From NCBI GenBank assembly GCA_963807785.1, contig CAWEEC010000076.1:270-64269 (forward strand): a stretch of 64,000 bases of DNA, written 5' to 3'. Positions 38,069-47,961 of this stretch are shown here, piece by piece. The translations under genes and the position numbers were made by a program. Each line of letters starts with the position of its first letter. Position 1 is the stretch's first letter. Under the pieces are notes generated by a model. It made no database searches. It was not told the origin of the DNA and was given only the letters and a program-made list of their open reading frames with translations. This stretch comes from an uncultured Gammaproteobacteria bacterium. Lineage in GTDB: Bacteria; Pseudomonadota; Gammaproteobacteria; SZUA-229.

Positions 38069-38452
38069 ATGCGCCTGCTACACACCATGATACGCGTTGG
38101 TAATCTTGAAAAATCCATAAAATTCTATACCGAAATACTGGGGATGAAATTGTTACGGCAAAAAGATTACCCCGATGGCAAGTTCACGCTCGCATTCGTT
38201 GGTTTTGGCGCTGAGAAAGACAGTTCAGTCATCGAATTGACCTACAACTGGGATACCGAGGCTTACGATATCGGCAGTGGCTTTGGTCATCTGGCTATCG
38301 AGGTTGACGATATTTACGCTGCAGCCGAGAAAATTCGTTCCCAGGGTGGAAAAATCATCCGTGAACCAGGGCCGATGAACGCCGGCACCACTATTATTGC
38401 CTTTGTTGAGGATCCGGATGGTTATCAAATCGAATTACTGGCGCCAAAGTAA
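38069..38452 (+). CDS. gloA: Glyoxalase I (lactoylglutathione lyase)
   Basis: MRLLHTMIRVGNLEKSIKFYTEILGMKLLR...ELTYNW...GHLAIEVDD...TIIAFVEDPDGYQIELL is near-collinear with E. coli GloA. Confidence 0.9.
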   Translation: MRLLHTMIRVGNLEKSIKFYTEILGMKLLRQKDYPDGKFTLAFVGFGAEKDSSVIELTYNWDTEAYDIGSGFGHLAIEVDDIYAAAEKIRSQGGKIIREPGPMNAGTTIIAFVEDPDGYQIELLAPK

Positions 38453-38457
38453 AGCTG

Positions 38458-39565
38458 ATGACACCGCAACTCATCGAGTCGCCAGCAGCGCTGGCAGCGC
38501 TATGCAATGAACTGAAAACGCAGGACTGTATCGCTGTTGATACAGAATTTGCCCGTGAACGTTCCTACTTCCCGCACCTGGGATTAATCCAGATTGCCGG
38601 TGACGGCCATATCGCGTGTATTGATCCGCTGGCATTCGATGCAAAACCGCAATTGGCAGAGCTTTTATTTAATGACTCGATAACCAAGGTGTTTCATGCC
38701 TGTCAACAGGACCTCGAGGTTCTACAACTGACACTGGGCGATAATCCCCTGCCCGCTGTTCGATACACAGCTTGCAACCGCGCTGATGCAACAAGACCAT
38801 CAGATCAGTTACGCCAGGCTAGTTGAAAATGAACTGGATTTAAAATTGCCCAAATCAGAAACGCGCACAGACTGGCTGAAGCGTCCTTTGACAACGGCAC
38901 AACTCGAATATGCAGCTGATGATGTGCGTTATCTACTGTCATTATACAAACAACAGTCAGAAGAACTGGCGGCATTGAACCGTACTCAATGGATGCACGA
39001 AGAATGCGAGCGCCTGTGTACAACAACAACCAACCCCAGCCCGGACCTGTCTCAGTGCTGGTCGCGCGTCAAGGGAAAGCAACGTCTACGTGGCATTGAG
39101 CTTGCCGTGCTGCAGGATACCGCTATCTGGCGGGAGCAGCGGGCAATCGCAAAGGACCGTACGCGCAGGCGTATATTGCCGGATGATATTGTCGTCCAGA
39201 TTGCCAGCAGACAACCAAAAAACACCAGCGAGTTAGCACGTATCGGCCGCATTGGAAAGTTACTCGATATGTCTGAACTCGATTCGCTGTCCGAAACTAT
39301 AACCGCAGCCAGCAACAAAGCCGAATCCGAGTGGCCAACACTCAAGCGCAGACAACTGACTCTGGAGCAATCAGCAGCGCTTACCGCGGTGCTTGATCAG
39401 CTCGGAAACACGGCCTCCAGGCTGGGAATTTCCCAGGGTGTATTGTGCAATCGTAAAGACGCAGAAAAACTCGTGCTCGGACATCGCGAATTACAGGTAT
39501 TGAGCGGATGGCGGCATGAGTGTATTGGCAAAGACCTGTTAAAGCTGGTGCCGGGGACCAAATAA
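38458..39565 (+). pseudogene. rnd: Ribonuclease D with one frameshift
   Basis: The DEDD exonuclease blocks are AVDTEFARERSYFPHLGLIQIA and KVFHACQQDLEVL. LFDTQLATALMQQDHQISYARLV...SETRTDWLKRPLTTAQLEYAADDVRYL then continues in another frame. There is an extra base near 38765. Confidence 0.8.
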
Positions 39566-39704
39566 CGACGTTTTTAGCGTCGAAATACACTAAAAATCAT
39601 CCTGATATATCAAGCAGGCAAGACTCAAAAATGTGCCATATGAGCGCAATAGTGTTACTCTATAAGCGGTTAGTTACGAATATTTATTACGAGGAGAATT
39701 TCGT

Positions 39705-40178
39705 ATGCGTGGACAATCCAGTGTTCCCAATAAATTGAGCCTGTTTTTTAAAAGCCTGTTCATGCTTGCACTGCTTGGTTACGGGGCTAGTGCCATCGCG
39801 GAAAATTCCAAGGTTTTCGGTGATTATGTCGTCCACTACAATGCTTTTAGAAGCGATGTTTTATCTTCCGAAATTGCCAAGGCGTATGAGCTGACGCGTC
39901 GCAATAACCGTATTATCGTCAACATTACGGTGTTAAAGAAAGTCATGGGCACGCCGGGTAAACCGGTCTCTGCCACTATTTCAGGTAACGCCAGTAATCT
40001 GACCGGACAGTTGAAAAACCTTGAATTCCGTGAGATCAAGGAAGATACAGCAATCTACTATATCGCCGAATTAAAGGTCAGTGATGGTGAATTCCTCAAA
40101 TTCAAGCTGAATATTACTCCTGAGGGTGAAGAAGGTCCTGCGCGTATGGAGTTCAGCAAACGCTTCTTCACATTCTGA
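39705..40178 (+). CDS. DUF4426-family periplasmic protein
   Basis: A signal peptide, then GDYVVHYNAFRSDVLSSEIAKAYELTRRNNRIIVNITVL...YYIAELKV, the usual neighbour of rnd in pseudomonad-like genomes. Confidence 0.55.
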   Translation: MRGQSSVPNKLSLFFKSLFMLALLGYGASAIAENSKVFGDYVVHYNAFRSDVLSSEIAKAYELTRRNNRIIVNITVLKKVMGTPGKPVSATISGNASNLTGQLKNLEFREIKEDTAIYYIAELKVSDGEFLKFKLNITPEGEEGPARMEFSKRFFTF

Positions 40179-40190
40179 TTACAGACAGCG

Positions 40191-40538
40191 CTAATGCAGA
40201 CTGGCACCCGGCCCGGACTTCGATTCTCGAGTCACCTCGTTCGAAGCGCCGATTTTGCTTTCAACCACCTGGTGCCCAAGCAATACGATATATCCAAACT
40301 GGCGATGTTCACTGTCCTGGCTGTATTCAAAACTGTATAAACGACAGAGCTGAATACCGCCTTGAGGATGCCGCCGCAACCACACCCGCTGCCTCGACAC
40401 TGTCGCATCCAGCAGCTGAACAGCCGCAGACTGACAGATCCGACGGCAGTTTTGCATGGCAATCTCATTGGTACGCGTGGTATCCCACCAGTAGGCAATA
40501 ATCGCAAATAACAGACTTATGAGTAGAATTTCCTGCAT
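40191..40538 (-). CDS. DUF3301-family protein
   Basis: An N-terminal TM plus [30 protein letters not shown]...RLYSFEYS...[10 protein letters not shown]. Confidence 0.5.
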   Translation of the reverse strand: MQEILLISLLFAIIAYWWDTTRTNEIAMQNCRRICQSAAVQLLDATVSRQRVWLRRHPQGGIQLCRLYSFEYSQDSEHRQFGYIVLLGHQVVESKIGASNEVTRESKSGPGASLH

Positions 40539-40663
40539 ATTTCCATTCTCATTTGGCTTTGTCAGATACCATCGTTCGACAATTTCCTATAAAATTAACG
40601 CTTTTTAGCCAAACTAACATGCTCGCAGACAAGAACCCCGAAAAAAATGAAGAACCAGCCTCG

Positions 40664-41179
40664 ATGAACCGCCAGAGTTCCTTTAACTACGATGAATTAA
40701 TAAAATGCGGACATGGTGAATTGTTTGGACCTGGCAATGCGCAGTTGCCACTGCCAAATATGCTCATGCTTGATCGTATCACAAACATCGACGAGAATTC
40801 CGGCGAGTACAACAAGGGTGAAATCAAGGCAGAGCTGGACATAAAACCGGATCTCTGGTTTTTTGAGTGTCATTTTGACGGTGACCCGGTAATGCCGGGG
40901 TGTCTGGGTCTCGATGCCATGTGGCAACTTGTCGGTTTTTACCTGGGCTGGTTGGGATACCCAGGGCGCGGGCGCGCACTCGGCGTGGGAGAAGTAAAGT
41001 TCACCGGCCAGGTACTACCATCAGCTGAAACCGTACGCTATCAGATCAATATAAGGCGAGTCATTGCCAGAGATCTGGTGCTGGGTATTGCTGACGGTGA
41101 GCTTTCAGTTGATGGGCGGATTATTTACACGGCAAAAAACTTGCGTGTAGGATTGTTTACATCTACAGATAATTTCTAG
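40664..41179 (+). CDS. fabA: 3-hydroxydecanoyl-ACP dehydratase/isomerase
   Basis: [24 protein letters not shown]...[36 protein letters not shown] is collinear with E. coli FabA from the ATG at 40664. Confidence 0.9.
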   Translation: MNRQSSFNYDELIKCGHGELFGPGNAQLPLPNMLMLDRITNIDENSGEYNKGEIKAELDIKPDLWFFECHFDGDPVMPGCLGLDAMWQLVGFYLGWLGYPGRGRALGVGEVKFTGQVLPSAETVRYQINIRRVIARDLVLGIADGELSVDGRIIYTAKNLRVGLFTSTDNF

Positions 41180-41187
41180 AGATTTTT

Positions 41188-42405
41188 ATGAAACGTGTTG
41201 TTGTTACTGGTTATGGCATCGTTTCCTGCCTTGGAAACGACAGTCATACTGTTCTTGATTCACTTAAACAAGGTCGCTCAGGTATAAAATTCCAGCAGGA
41301 ATATGTCGACATGGGCATGCGTAGCCATGTTGCCGGCAGTATTGATATCGATGTTGATGCGCATATCGACCGCAAGGTCAAACGCTTCATGGGCAACTCG
41401 GCTGCCTATGCCTATATTTCCATGCAGCAGGCTATCGAACATGCAGGCTTGAGCGACGACCTGGTTTCGAATACGCGTTCAGGCATTATTATGGGTTCAG
41501 GTGGCGGTTCGTCCGCAAACCAGGTCGAAGCCGCAGACATCCTGCGCAGCAAAGGTTTACGTCGTGTCGGCCCCTACATGGTGCCCAGGACCATGAGCAG
41601 TACGGTGTCCGCCTGTCTGGCAACGCCTTTTCATATCAAGGGTGTGAACTACTCAATCAGCTCCGCCTGCGCCACCAGCACGCACTGCATCGGCAATGCC
41701 TATGAACTGATTCAGATGGGCAAGCAGGACATCATTTTTGCCGGTGGTGGCGAAGAGGAGCACTGGTCACTGAGCATGATGTTCGATGCCATGGGCGCAT
41801 TGTCGACCAGGTACAACGAAACACCGGAAAAGGCTTCACGCACCTACGATGCCGACCGCGATGGTTTTGTCATTGCCGGCGGTGGTGGCACCATGGTTGT
41901 TGAAGAACTTGAACACGCATTGAAGCGCGGCGCCAATATTATCGCTGAAATCGTCGGTTATGGCGCCACCTCGGATGGCGCCGATATGGTCGCCCCTTCA
42001 GGTGAAGGCGCAGTTCGCTGCATGAAAATGGCAACTGAACATCTGGATCAGCCGCTCGACTACATCAACACGCACGGCACCAGCACACCAGTCGGCGACA
42101 CCAAGGAACTGGAGGCGATTCGCGAGACATTTGGCGACAACATACCACCGATCAGCTCGAGTAAATCGCTAGCCGGCCATTCACTCGGTGCCTCGGGCGT
42201 ACAGGAAACCATTTACAGCCTGCTGATGGTCGAAAACAATTTTATCCAGGCTTCAGCCAATATCGACAACCTGGACGAAGCTGCCGAAGACATGCCTATC
42301 GTACTCGAAAGAAGAGACAATGTTGAATTGAACACCGTGATGTCAAACAACTTCGGCTTTGGCGGCACCAACGCCTGCCTGGTACTGCAAAAATACCAGG
42401 GCTGA
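41188..42405 (+). CDS. fabB: Beta-ketoacyl-ACP synthase I
   Basis: [17 protein letters not shown], active-site [16 protein letters not shown] and [10 protein letters not shown] are present. It lies directly downstream of fabA. Confidence 0.9.
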   Translation: MKRVVVTGYGIVSCLGNDSHTVLDSLKQGRSGIKFQQEYVDMGMRSHVAGSIDIDVDAHIDRKVKRFMGNSAAYAYISMQQAIEHAGLSDDLVSNTRSGIIMGSGGGSSANQVEAADILRSKGLRRVGPYMVPRTMSSTVSACLATPFHIKGVNYSISSACATSTHCIGNAYELIQMGKQDIIFAGGGEEEHWSLSMMFDAMGALSTRYNETPEKASRTYDADRDGFVIAGGGGTMVVEELEHALKRGANIIAEIVGYGATSDGADMVAPSGEGAVRCMKMATEHLDQPLDYINTHGTSTPVGDTKELEAIRETFGDNIPPISSSKSLAGHSLGASGVQETIYSLLMVENNFIQASANIDNLDEAAEDMPIVLERRDNVELNTVMSNNFGFGGTNACLVLQKYQG

Positions 42406-42517
42406 AGCCGGCACCTGGCGCGGTGCGACAATCAGAAGTCGCTGTCCAAAACCGCAAATTCCCCATGCAGGTGCTACAATCTGTTTAGCACTGCGCAATT
42501 ATTGCGAAGAGGGAGTT

Positions 42518-42940
42518 ATGTATAAAAATTTAATTATTCTATCCGGACTGATGATTCCTGCGATGGTGATGGCTGACCGGCCTGCAATGTCTGATCGTTA
42601 TGACGAGGCCGCTGAAGCGCAACCGATGGCAATTGAAAAGCCACAACAGACCGGAACTGCAATGGATGATATTGCTGTGGAAGAAGCTGCAGTTGAAGAA
42701 GTCGTGATAGAACAGATTACCGGCGATGTCATCGAAATGCAGCCCGGTGAAACTATCATAATCAATCCACTTGATTTTCCCAGGCGCGGCATGTCAATGG
42801 ACAAGGTGCAGAATGAGCTGGGTCGTCCAGCTGAAATTTCACCGACTGTTGGTGAACCACCCATCACCAGCTGGGATTACCCGGACCGTGTTGTATTTTT
42901 TGAATACTCCCGCGTCATTCACGTGGTAAAAAAACGCTGA
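42518..42940 (+). CDS. Secreted hypothetical protein
   Basis: GGGAG precedes the ATG at 42518. There is a signal peptide (MYKNLIILSGLMIPAMVMA), an acidic linker and a conserved-looking C-terminus (GRPAEISPTVGEPPITSWDYPDRVVFFEY). Confidence 0.5.
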   Translation: MYKNLIILSGLMIPAMVMADRPAMSDRYDEAAEAQPMAIEKPQQTGTAMDDIAVEEAAVEEVVIEQITGDVIEMQPGETIIINPLDFPRRGMSMDKVQNELGRPAEISPTVGEPPITSWDYPDRVVFFEYSRVIHVVKKR

Positions 42941-42942
42941 GT

Positions 42943-43854
42943 TCGGTCGCTTTATCCTCACAAGACACTCCACTTCAGAAGCTTGAATCACGTCTGCTCG
43001 ATAGCGCAGGCGTTGCTTTATATATTAAACGTGAAGACCTTACGGATAGCCAGATTGGCGGTAACAAGTGGCGCAAGCTCAAATACAACCTGATACAGGC
43101 TGAAAAACAACACAAAACAACCCTGCTGACATTTGGCGGCGCCTGGTCTAACCACATCTATGCCACTGCAAGTGCTGGCAAACGCTTCGGCTTCAATACC
43201 ATTGGTATTATCAGGGGTGAAGCGCACGACACATTAAATCCTACACTTCAATTTGCGCAACACTGTGGCATGCGACTCGAATATGTTGATCGTAATACCT
43301 ATCGCAATAAAACCTCAACTGAATTCATTGACAAACTACATGCAAAATACGGTGAGTTTTATTTACTGCCGGAAGGCGGCAGCAATCAACTGGCGTTAAC
43401 CGGGTGTGCAGAGATAGTTAAAGATATCGAAACTTCATTTGACGTTATCGCTGTAGCCTGTGGTACAGGTGCAACGCTTGCCGGTATGGTAACTGCATTG
43501 AACACTGATCAGCACGCTATCGGTTTTGCCGTGCTCAAAGGCGCTGACTTTGTTAACAAGGATGTGACACAAATGCTGGCAGAAAGTGGTCACCATTTAG
43601 CAGCTAACTGGCACATAGAGCACAACTATCATTTTGGTGGGTACGCAAAAACCTCAACCGAATTATTCGCTTTTATCAGACAATTCAAAGCAGATTTTGG
43701 CATTGAGCTGGATGCGGTATATACCGGCAAAATGTTTTTTGGCCTGTTCGACCTCATCCGCAAGGGCGCATTCGACAGCGGCACGCGCATCATAGCTGTG
43801 CATACCGGTGGCTTGCAGGGCAATGCAGGTTTTGCAGAATTGAAGGCCGACTAA
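42943..43854 (+). pseudogene. PLP-dependent D-cysteine desulfhydrase / ACC deaminase-family protein with no usable start codon
   Basis: The open frame reads TPLQKLESRLLDSAGVALYIKREDLTDSQIGGNKWRKLKYNL...LLTFGGAWSNHIYATA...VACGTGATLAGM...IAVHTGGLQGN. I saw no ATG, GTG or TTG in frame between the upstream stop (42901) and 43270. Confidence 0.6.
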
Positions 43855-43874
43855 TCACAGCGGATATTATGTGC

Positions 43875-44118
43875 TTGATAAAGACAGGATTAACCGCAGA
43901 GACGCAAAGCCCGCAAAGTAAACAGAATGTTACTCTCGCAGAGGCGCAGAGCACGCAGAGGTAATACCTGTTTGTTTTCATTAAAAATATCGTTTTTCTC
44001 TGCGTTCTTTGCGCCTCAGCGAGAAAACCGGATGTTAAAACACCTACATAGGCTGATTTTCCGCTTATACCAAAATCGACTACAACTTTCAGATCAAGTC
44101 TGAACTACTACATATTAA
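43875..44118. repeat. Repeat family copy B (core palindrome plus right arm)
   Basis: TACTCTCGCAGAGGCGCAGAGCACGCAGAG - 37-nt loop - CTCTGCGTTCTTTGCGCCTCAGCGAGAAAA, then ...GGCTGATTTTCCGCTTATACCAAAATCGAC...CAGATCAAGTCTGAACTACTACA, collinear with copies A and C. Confidence 0.7.
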
Positions 44119-44177
44119 TACACAAGGTGCCAGCGGATTTGGCTGCACTTTATTCACGCTGTACCCGCTAAACCTGC

Positions 44178-45017
44178 TCAATAATCATCGAACAAGGAAT
44201 CATATTCTGCTTCTTCAGCCTGCTTCTGCTTTTCCAATGTTTCACGGTGCTGCCGCGCCTGTTCACGAAACTCTTGCAGTAGCTCACCGGCGATCGCTTC
44301 AAAATTATCGAATTCGGCTTTTACATCTTCATCGATAACAGATTCATCGACTCGAACACCATCAAACTGAATGATACGGTTGGGTTGCAAGGTAAAGTTC
44401 TCCTTATACTCGATGAATTCACGCTGCATCCGGTTCCTGTAATCATCAAACTCCTGGCGCATGTCCTGTTGATGTTGCTGCGCCTGCTGTTTGAAGGCTT
44501 CAAACTCATCCAGTTCCTGCTGCCTGTGAATTTCAAAAGCAGGGCCCGGAGATTCAATATCAAGCAGACCTTCTTGCAGCGCCACTGCCTGGCCATTGTC
44601 ATCATCGTAAATGATAAAGGTGGTGCCGCGAACACCCAGGGTTGCAAACCGCGTTTTAACCTGGCGACGTTCGCCGAATACTTTGCTGAAGGTGAAATAG
44701 ATTTTTCCACCGAGATGTGACAACCAGCTGGTTTTTTCAACCTGCAAACTGCTTTTCTCACCCAGTACTGACACTACCCCGTCATTGAACCTGACTACGG
44801 CATTACCACCTTCTGCGGTGACGATGGTATCCATTTGCCTGAGAAGAAACTTCGATTCCTCAACCGTGCGGCGCTCTCCGCTGGCATCAACGATGTGCAC
44901 TTCACCATTGGCCTGGATCACTTTCCCCCTGAATGCTTCTGCACTGGCTAGCGATGCAGAAATCAATACCAGAATCGTTGATAGAAAAACAATGCGCCTG
45001 TATGTATGCTGCAACAT
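44178..45017 (-). CDS. Secreted FecR-domain protein with an acidic coiled-coil C-terminus
   Basis: A signal peptide, then GKVIQANGEVHIVDASGERR...DTIVTAEGGNAVVRFNDGVVSVLGEKSSLQV...LGVRGTTFII (FecR/PF04773-like), then a Glu/Gln-rich tail. Confidence 0.55.
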   Translation of the reverse strand: MLQHTYRRIVFLSTILVLISASLASAEAFRGKVIQANGEVHIVDASGERRTVEESKFLLRQMDTIVTAEGGNAVVRFNDGVVSVLGEKSSLQVEKTSWLSHLGGKIYFTFSKVFGERRQVKTRFATLGVRGTTFIIYDDDNGQAVALQEGLLDIESPGPAFEIHRQQELDEFEAFKQQAQQHQQDMRQEFDDYRNRMQREFIEYKENFTLQPNRIIQFDGVRVDESVIDEDVKAEFDNFEAIAGELLQEFREQARQHRETLEKQKQAEEAEYDSLFDDY

Positions 45018-45110
45018 ATACCCTGTCCGGTAGTCTGGCCGTAATACCAGATAGTATCGGAGTATAGCGGAAATACAATATCACAGACCTTGAAGCAGTT
45101 CACATAATCA

Positions 45111-45464
45111 CATAATGTGTAATAGTCAGGATTTAATCTGACAGTCAGTGTTATATTCACTCAAACTCAGACCATGATTATTTGTCAGTACACTCAGGAT
45201 TGGCCATATAAACAAAGGCTATAGATATTTACTCTCGTAGAGGCGCAGAGCCCGCAAAGTAAAAAGAATTTACTCTCGCAGAGGCGCAGAGCACGCAGAG
45301 AAAAACGATATATTTAATGAAAAAAAACAGGTATTACCTCTGCGTTCTCTGCGCCTCTGCGCCTCTGCGAGAAAAAGGATATTACACCTCCTACATAGGC
45401 TGTTTCCGCTTATACGAAAATCGACAACAAATGTCAGATCAAGTCTGAATTACTACACATAATG
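45111..45464. mobile_element. MITE-like palindromic repeat element, copy C (most complete)
   Basis: The terminal inverted repeats are CATAATGTGTAATA (45111..45124) and the reverse complement of TACTACACATAATG (45451..45464), matching at 12 of 14 positions. The interior is collinear with copy A, and the core palindrome is as in copy B but with the inverted loop. No ORF is present. Confidence 0.7.
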
Positions 45465-45466
45465 AT

Positions 45467-46195
45467 TCAATCGACATAGGGCCCATGTTGAATGATAGGC
45501 TCACCGTGGGGCTGACCGAAACACAACATAAACCTGCAGCCGGAAAGACTACTGGCTTCAACCGAAGCGGTATCTTCCATGAATAAGGCATTACCCTGTT
45601 CTATAGTGTGCCCGTTTACATCACAGGCGCCTTCAACCACATAAACGAGACCACGATGCCCTGGCATTATCGATTGTTCCAGTTTACCGCCAGCATCAAG
45701 CTGTACATCGAGATACAAAACCGGCGTGTTCAACTGCAACGGAGATCCCTCACCCGAAAGCACACGAACACTACCGCTGGTCACTTCTCGCTGAGGAATG
45801 TCGTTCGAATTGACCTGCTGATATTGCGCTTCAATTTTTTTTAATCGCGACGGGAGATTGACCCACATTTGTATCCCACGTGTTACGCCTTCAGCTGATG
45901 GCATCTCTGAATGTACAATTCCCTTGCCCGCGGTAAAGCGTTGCAAGCCTCCACTGGTAACAGTCGAGTCATTACCAAGATTGTCTTTGTGTTTTACTGA
46001 TCCCTGGAACACATAGGTAATCCCTTCAAACCCGCGATGAGGATGATCAGGGAAGCCGGCGCCGGCGGATATCGAGAAATCATCCCACAACACAAACGGA
46101 TCAAAATTCATCAAGCTCTGAACTGGAAACAGGCGATTTACCACAGCGCCGTCACCTTCCGCTGCGCTCACTGCATTTCTGATAAATGATTGCAT
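45467..46195 (-). CDS. Pirin-family protein
   Basis: FDPFVLWDDFSISAGAGFPDHPHRGFEGITYVFQGSVKHKDNLGN is the Pirin N-terminal cupin motif. Confidence 0.85.
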   Translation of the reverse strand: MQSFIRNAVSAAEGDGAVVNRLFPVQSLMNFDPFVLWDDFSISAGAGFPDHPHRGFEGITYVFQGSVKHKDNLGNDSTVTSGGLQRFTAGKGIVHSEMPSAEGVTRGIQMWVNLPSRLKKIEAQYQQVNSNDIPQREVTSGSVRVLSGEGSPLQLNTPVLYLDVQLDAGGKLEQSIMPGHRGLVYVVEGACDVNGHTIEQGNALFMEDTASVEASSLSGCRFMLCFGQPHGEPIIQHGPYVD

Positions 46196-46315
46196 GGTCG
46201 ATATATCCTCGCGTAATAGACTGGATGTTGCTGATCACGGCTGCAGTTAGACGAGCATCCATGCTCGCTAATTTTCCTGCTACACCACCTGACAAGTACT
46301 GCAAAGCTCAGGTGT

Positions 46316-46693
46316 CTAATGACCCAGTTTACGGTCCAGGCTGAGTTCGCCTGCGCCGTGTACGTAGAGCAGTAGCAAACCGCCCGTTATTGCCCAGTTC
46401 TTCATGAACAGGATCATCTGGGTCTGATCGCTGAAATCCGCATGGAAAAGTATGGCCGCCAGCACGGTAAAAACGGCCAGCGCTATAGCCGCCCAGCGTG
46501 TCCTGAAACCTATGATCAACGCCAGGCCAGCGACAATTTCGAGCACAATAACCAGCGGCAGTAAAATGCCCGGCACGCCCATCGCCTCCATGTAGCCAGC
46601 GGTGCCTTCATATGCCGAAATTTTATTAATGCCTGCCAGCAGAAAAATATGTCCGAGCAGGATTCTGCCTGCCAATTCAATTACCTTGTTCAT
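46316..46693 (-). CDS. DoxX-family membrane protein
   Basis: LLGHIFLLAGINKI...GILLPLVIVLEIVAGLALIIGFRTRWAAIALAVFTVLAAILFH. Confidence 0.75.
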   Translation of the reverse strand: MNKVIELAGRILLGHIFLLAGINKISAYEGTAGYMEAMGVPGILLPLVIVLEIVAGLALIIGFRTRWAAIALAVFTVLAAILFHADFSDQTQMILFMKNWAITGGLLLLYVHGAGELSLDRKLGH

Positions 46694-46792
46694 TACGACC
46701 CCCTAAGATTTAATAATGCACGGGCTTATTATGAAGTTATTTATTCGATATAAAAGCGCATATTATTAATGTATTTGATCTAGAATATAGAT

Positions 46793-47693
46793 ATGTTTAC
46801 TCCGCGTATTTCTCTCGATCAGTGGCGCAGCCTTAATGCCGTGGTCGAAACCGGGGGCTATGCACAGGCCGCTGTGATGCTGAATCGCAGCCAGTCTTCC
46901 GTCAGTTACCATATTGCCAGGCTGCAAAACCTGCTCGGTATTGAAGTGTTCAGGATTGTCGGGCGCAAGGCACAATTGACCGAGCATGGTGAAGTTCTGT
47001 ATCGCCGTTGCCGATCAATTGCTGCGCGACGCCGAGCAACTGGAACAGCTTGCCTACACCCTGGAGCAAGGCTGGGAAACAGATATCAAGCTGGTTGTAG
47101 ATGCCGCTTTTCCACCCGCTTTGCTGATGCAGGCCCTCAAGCGCTTTGAACCACAAAGCAAGGGGACGCGTGTGCAACTTGACGAGGTCGTGCTGTCCGG
47201 CGCCGAAGATGCATTAATCGACGGCAATGCAGATCTCGTAATCGGCACCCGGGCACCATCGGGATTTCTCGGAGACCACCTGATAACGATCGACTTTATT
47301 GCCGTTGCCAACCCGGATCATGCCCTGCATAAACTAAATCGCCCGATAACAGTGGATGACCTTGAAAAACACTTACAGGTCATTATCCGGGATTCCGGTT
47401 ATCACAGGAAAATGGATTTTGGCTGGCTGCAGCCAAATCACCAGTGGAGCGTTAGCAGTATCGATACTGCTGTGACTGCTATCAGCAATGGCCTCGGTTT
47501 TGGCTGGTTACCACGTCATATCATCAATAGCCACATCGCCAGAAAGAATTTAAAAGCGTTACCGTTACGAGAAGGCCAGCAATATCGGGCTTCACTGCAA
47601 ATGATATTTGGTGATAGCGAACATGCCGGACCAGCTACACGCACATTGGCAGACATCATCAAGGATGTCGTTAGTGGTAATAGCCAGGATTGA
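46793..47693 (+). pseudogene. LysR-family transcriptional regulator with one frameshift
   Basis: The HTH part LDQWRSLNAVVETGGYAQAAVMLNRSQSSVSYHIARLQNLLGIEVF...QLTEHGEVLYRR is followed in another frame by ADQLLRDAEQLEQLA...substrate-binding domain. There is an extra T in a TT run near 47008. It is divergent from the DoxX and pirin genes. Confidence 0.8.
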
Positions 47694-47782
47694 ATCTGGC
47701 AGACAGAATTATATTTATTCAATCTATGAATTATTTTTACCTGGACAAGCGGCTTCGGTCACAGGCAAATACATGACAGAAA

Positions 47783-47886
47783 GTTTTCTCGCAAAGACGC
47801 CAAGATCGCCAAGCAAAAAATAATACTATTTTATAGTGTAAACATAATTGACTTCATTGCGCCTCTGCGCCTTGGCGAGAGTGAAA
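47783..47886. repeat. Core palindrome of the repeat family, copy E (opposite orientation)
   Basis: The reverse complement reads TTTCACTCTCGCCAAGGCGCAGAGGCGCAATGAAG...CTTGGCGTCTTTGCGAGAAAAC, matching the arms of copies A-D. Confidence 0.55.
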
Positions 47887-47961
47887 TTTGTTAACTAATC
47901 ACAACAGTATTCGGCTATACGGTATCTGTCAGTTCAGCCTGAAGCAGAACATTTATTCAAA

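Noticed and set aside
43790-43981. ORFs inside the repeat elements (for example 43790..43981 and 29465..29674, sharing LCVLCASARV-like peptides)
   Set aside because: The shared peptide is simply the translation of the conserved palindrome arm. The ORFs differ in length, frame context and strand between copies and have no RBS.
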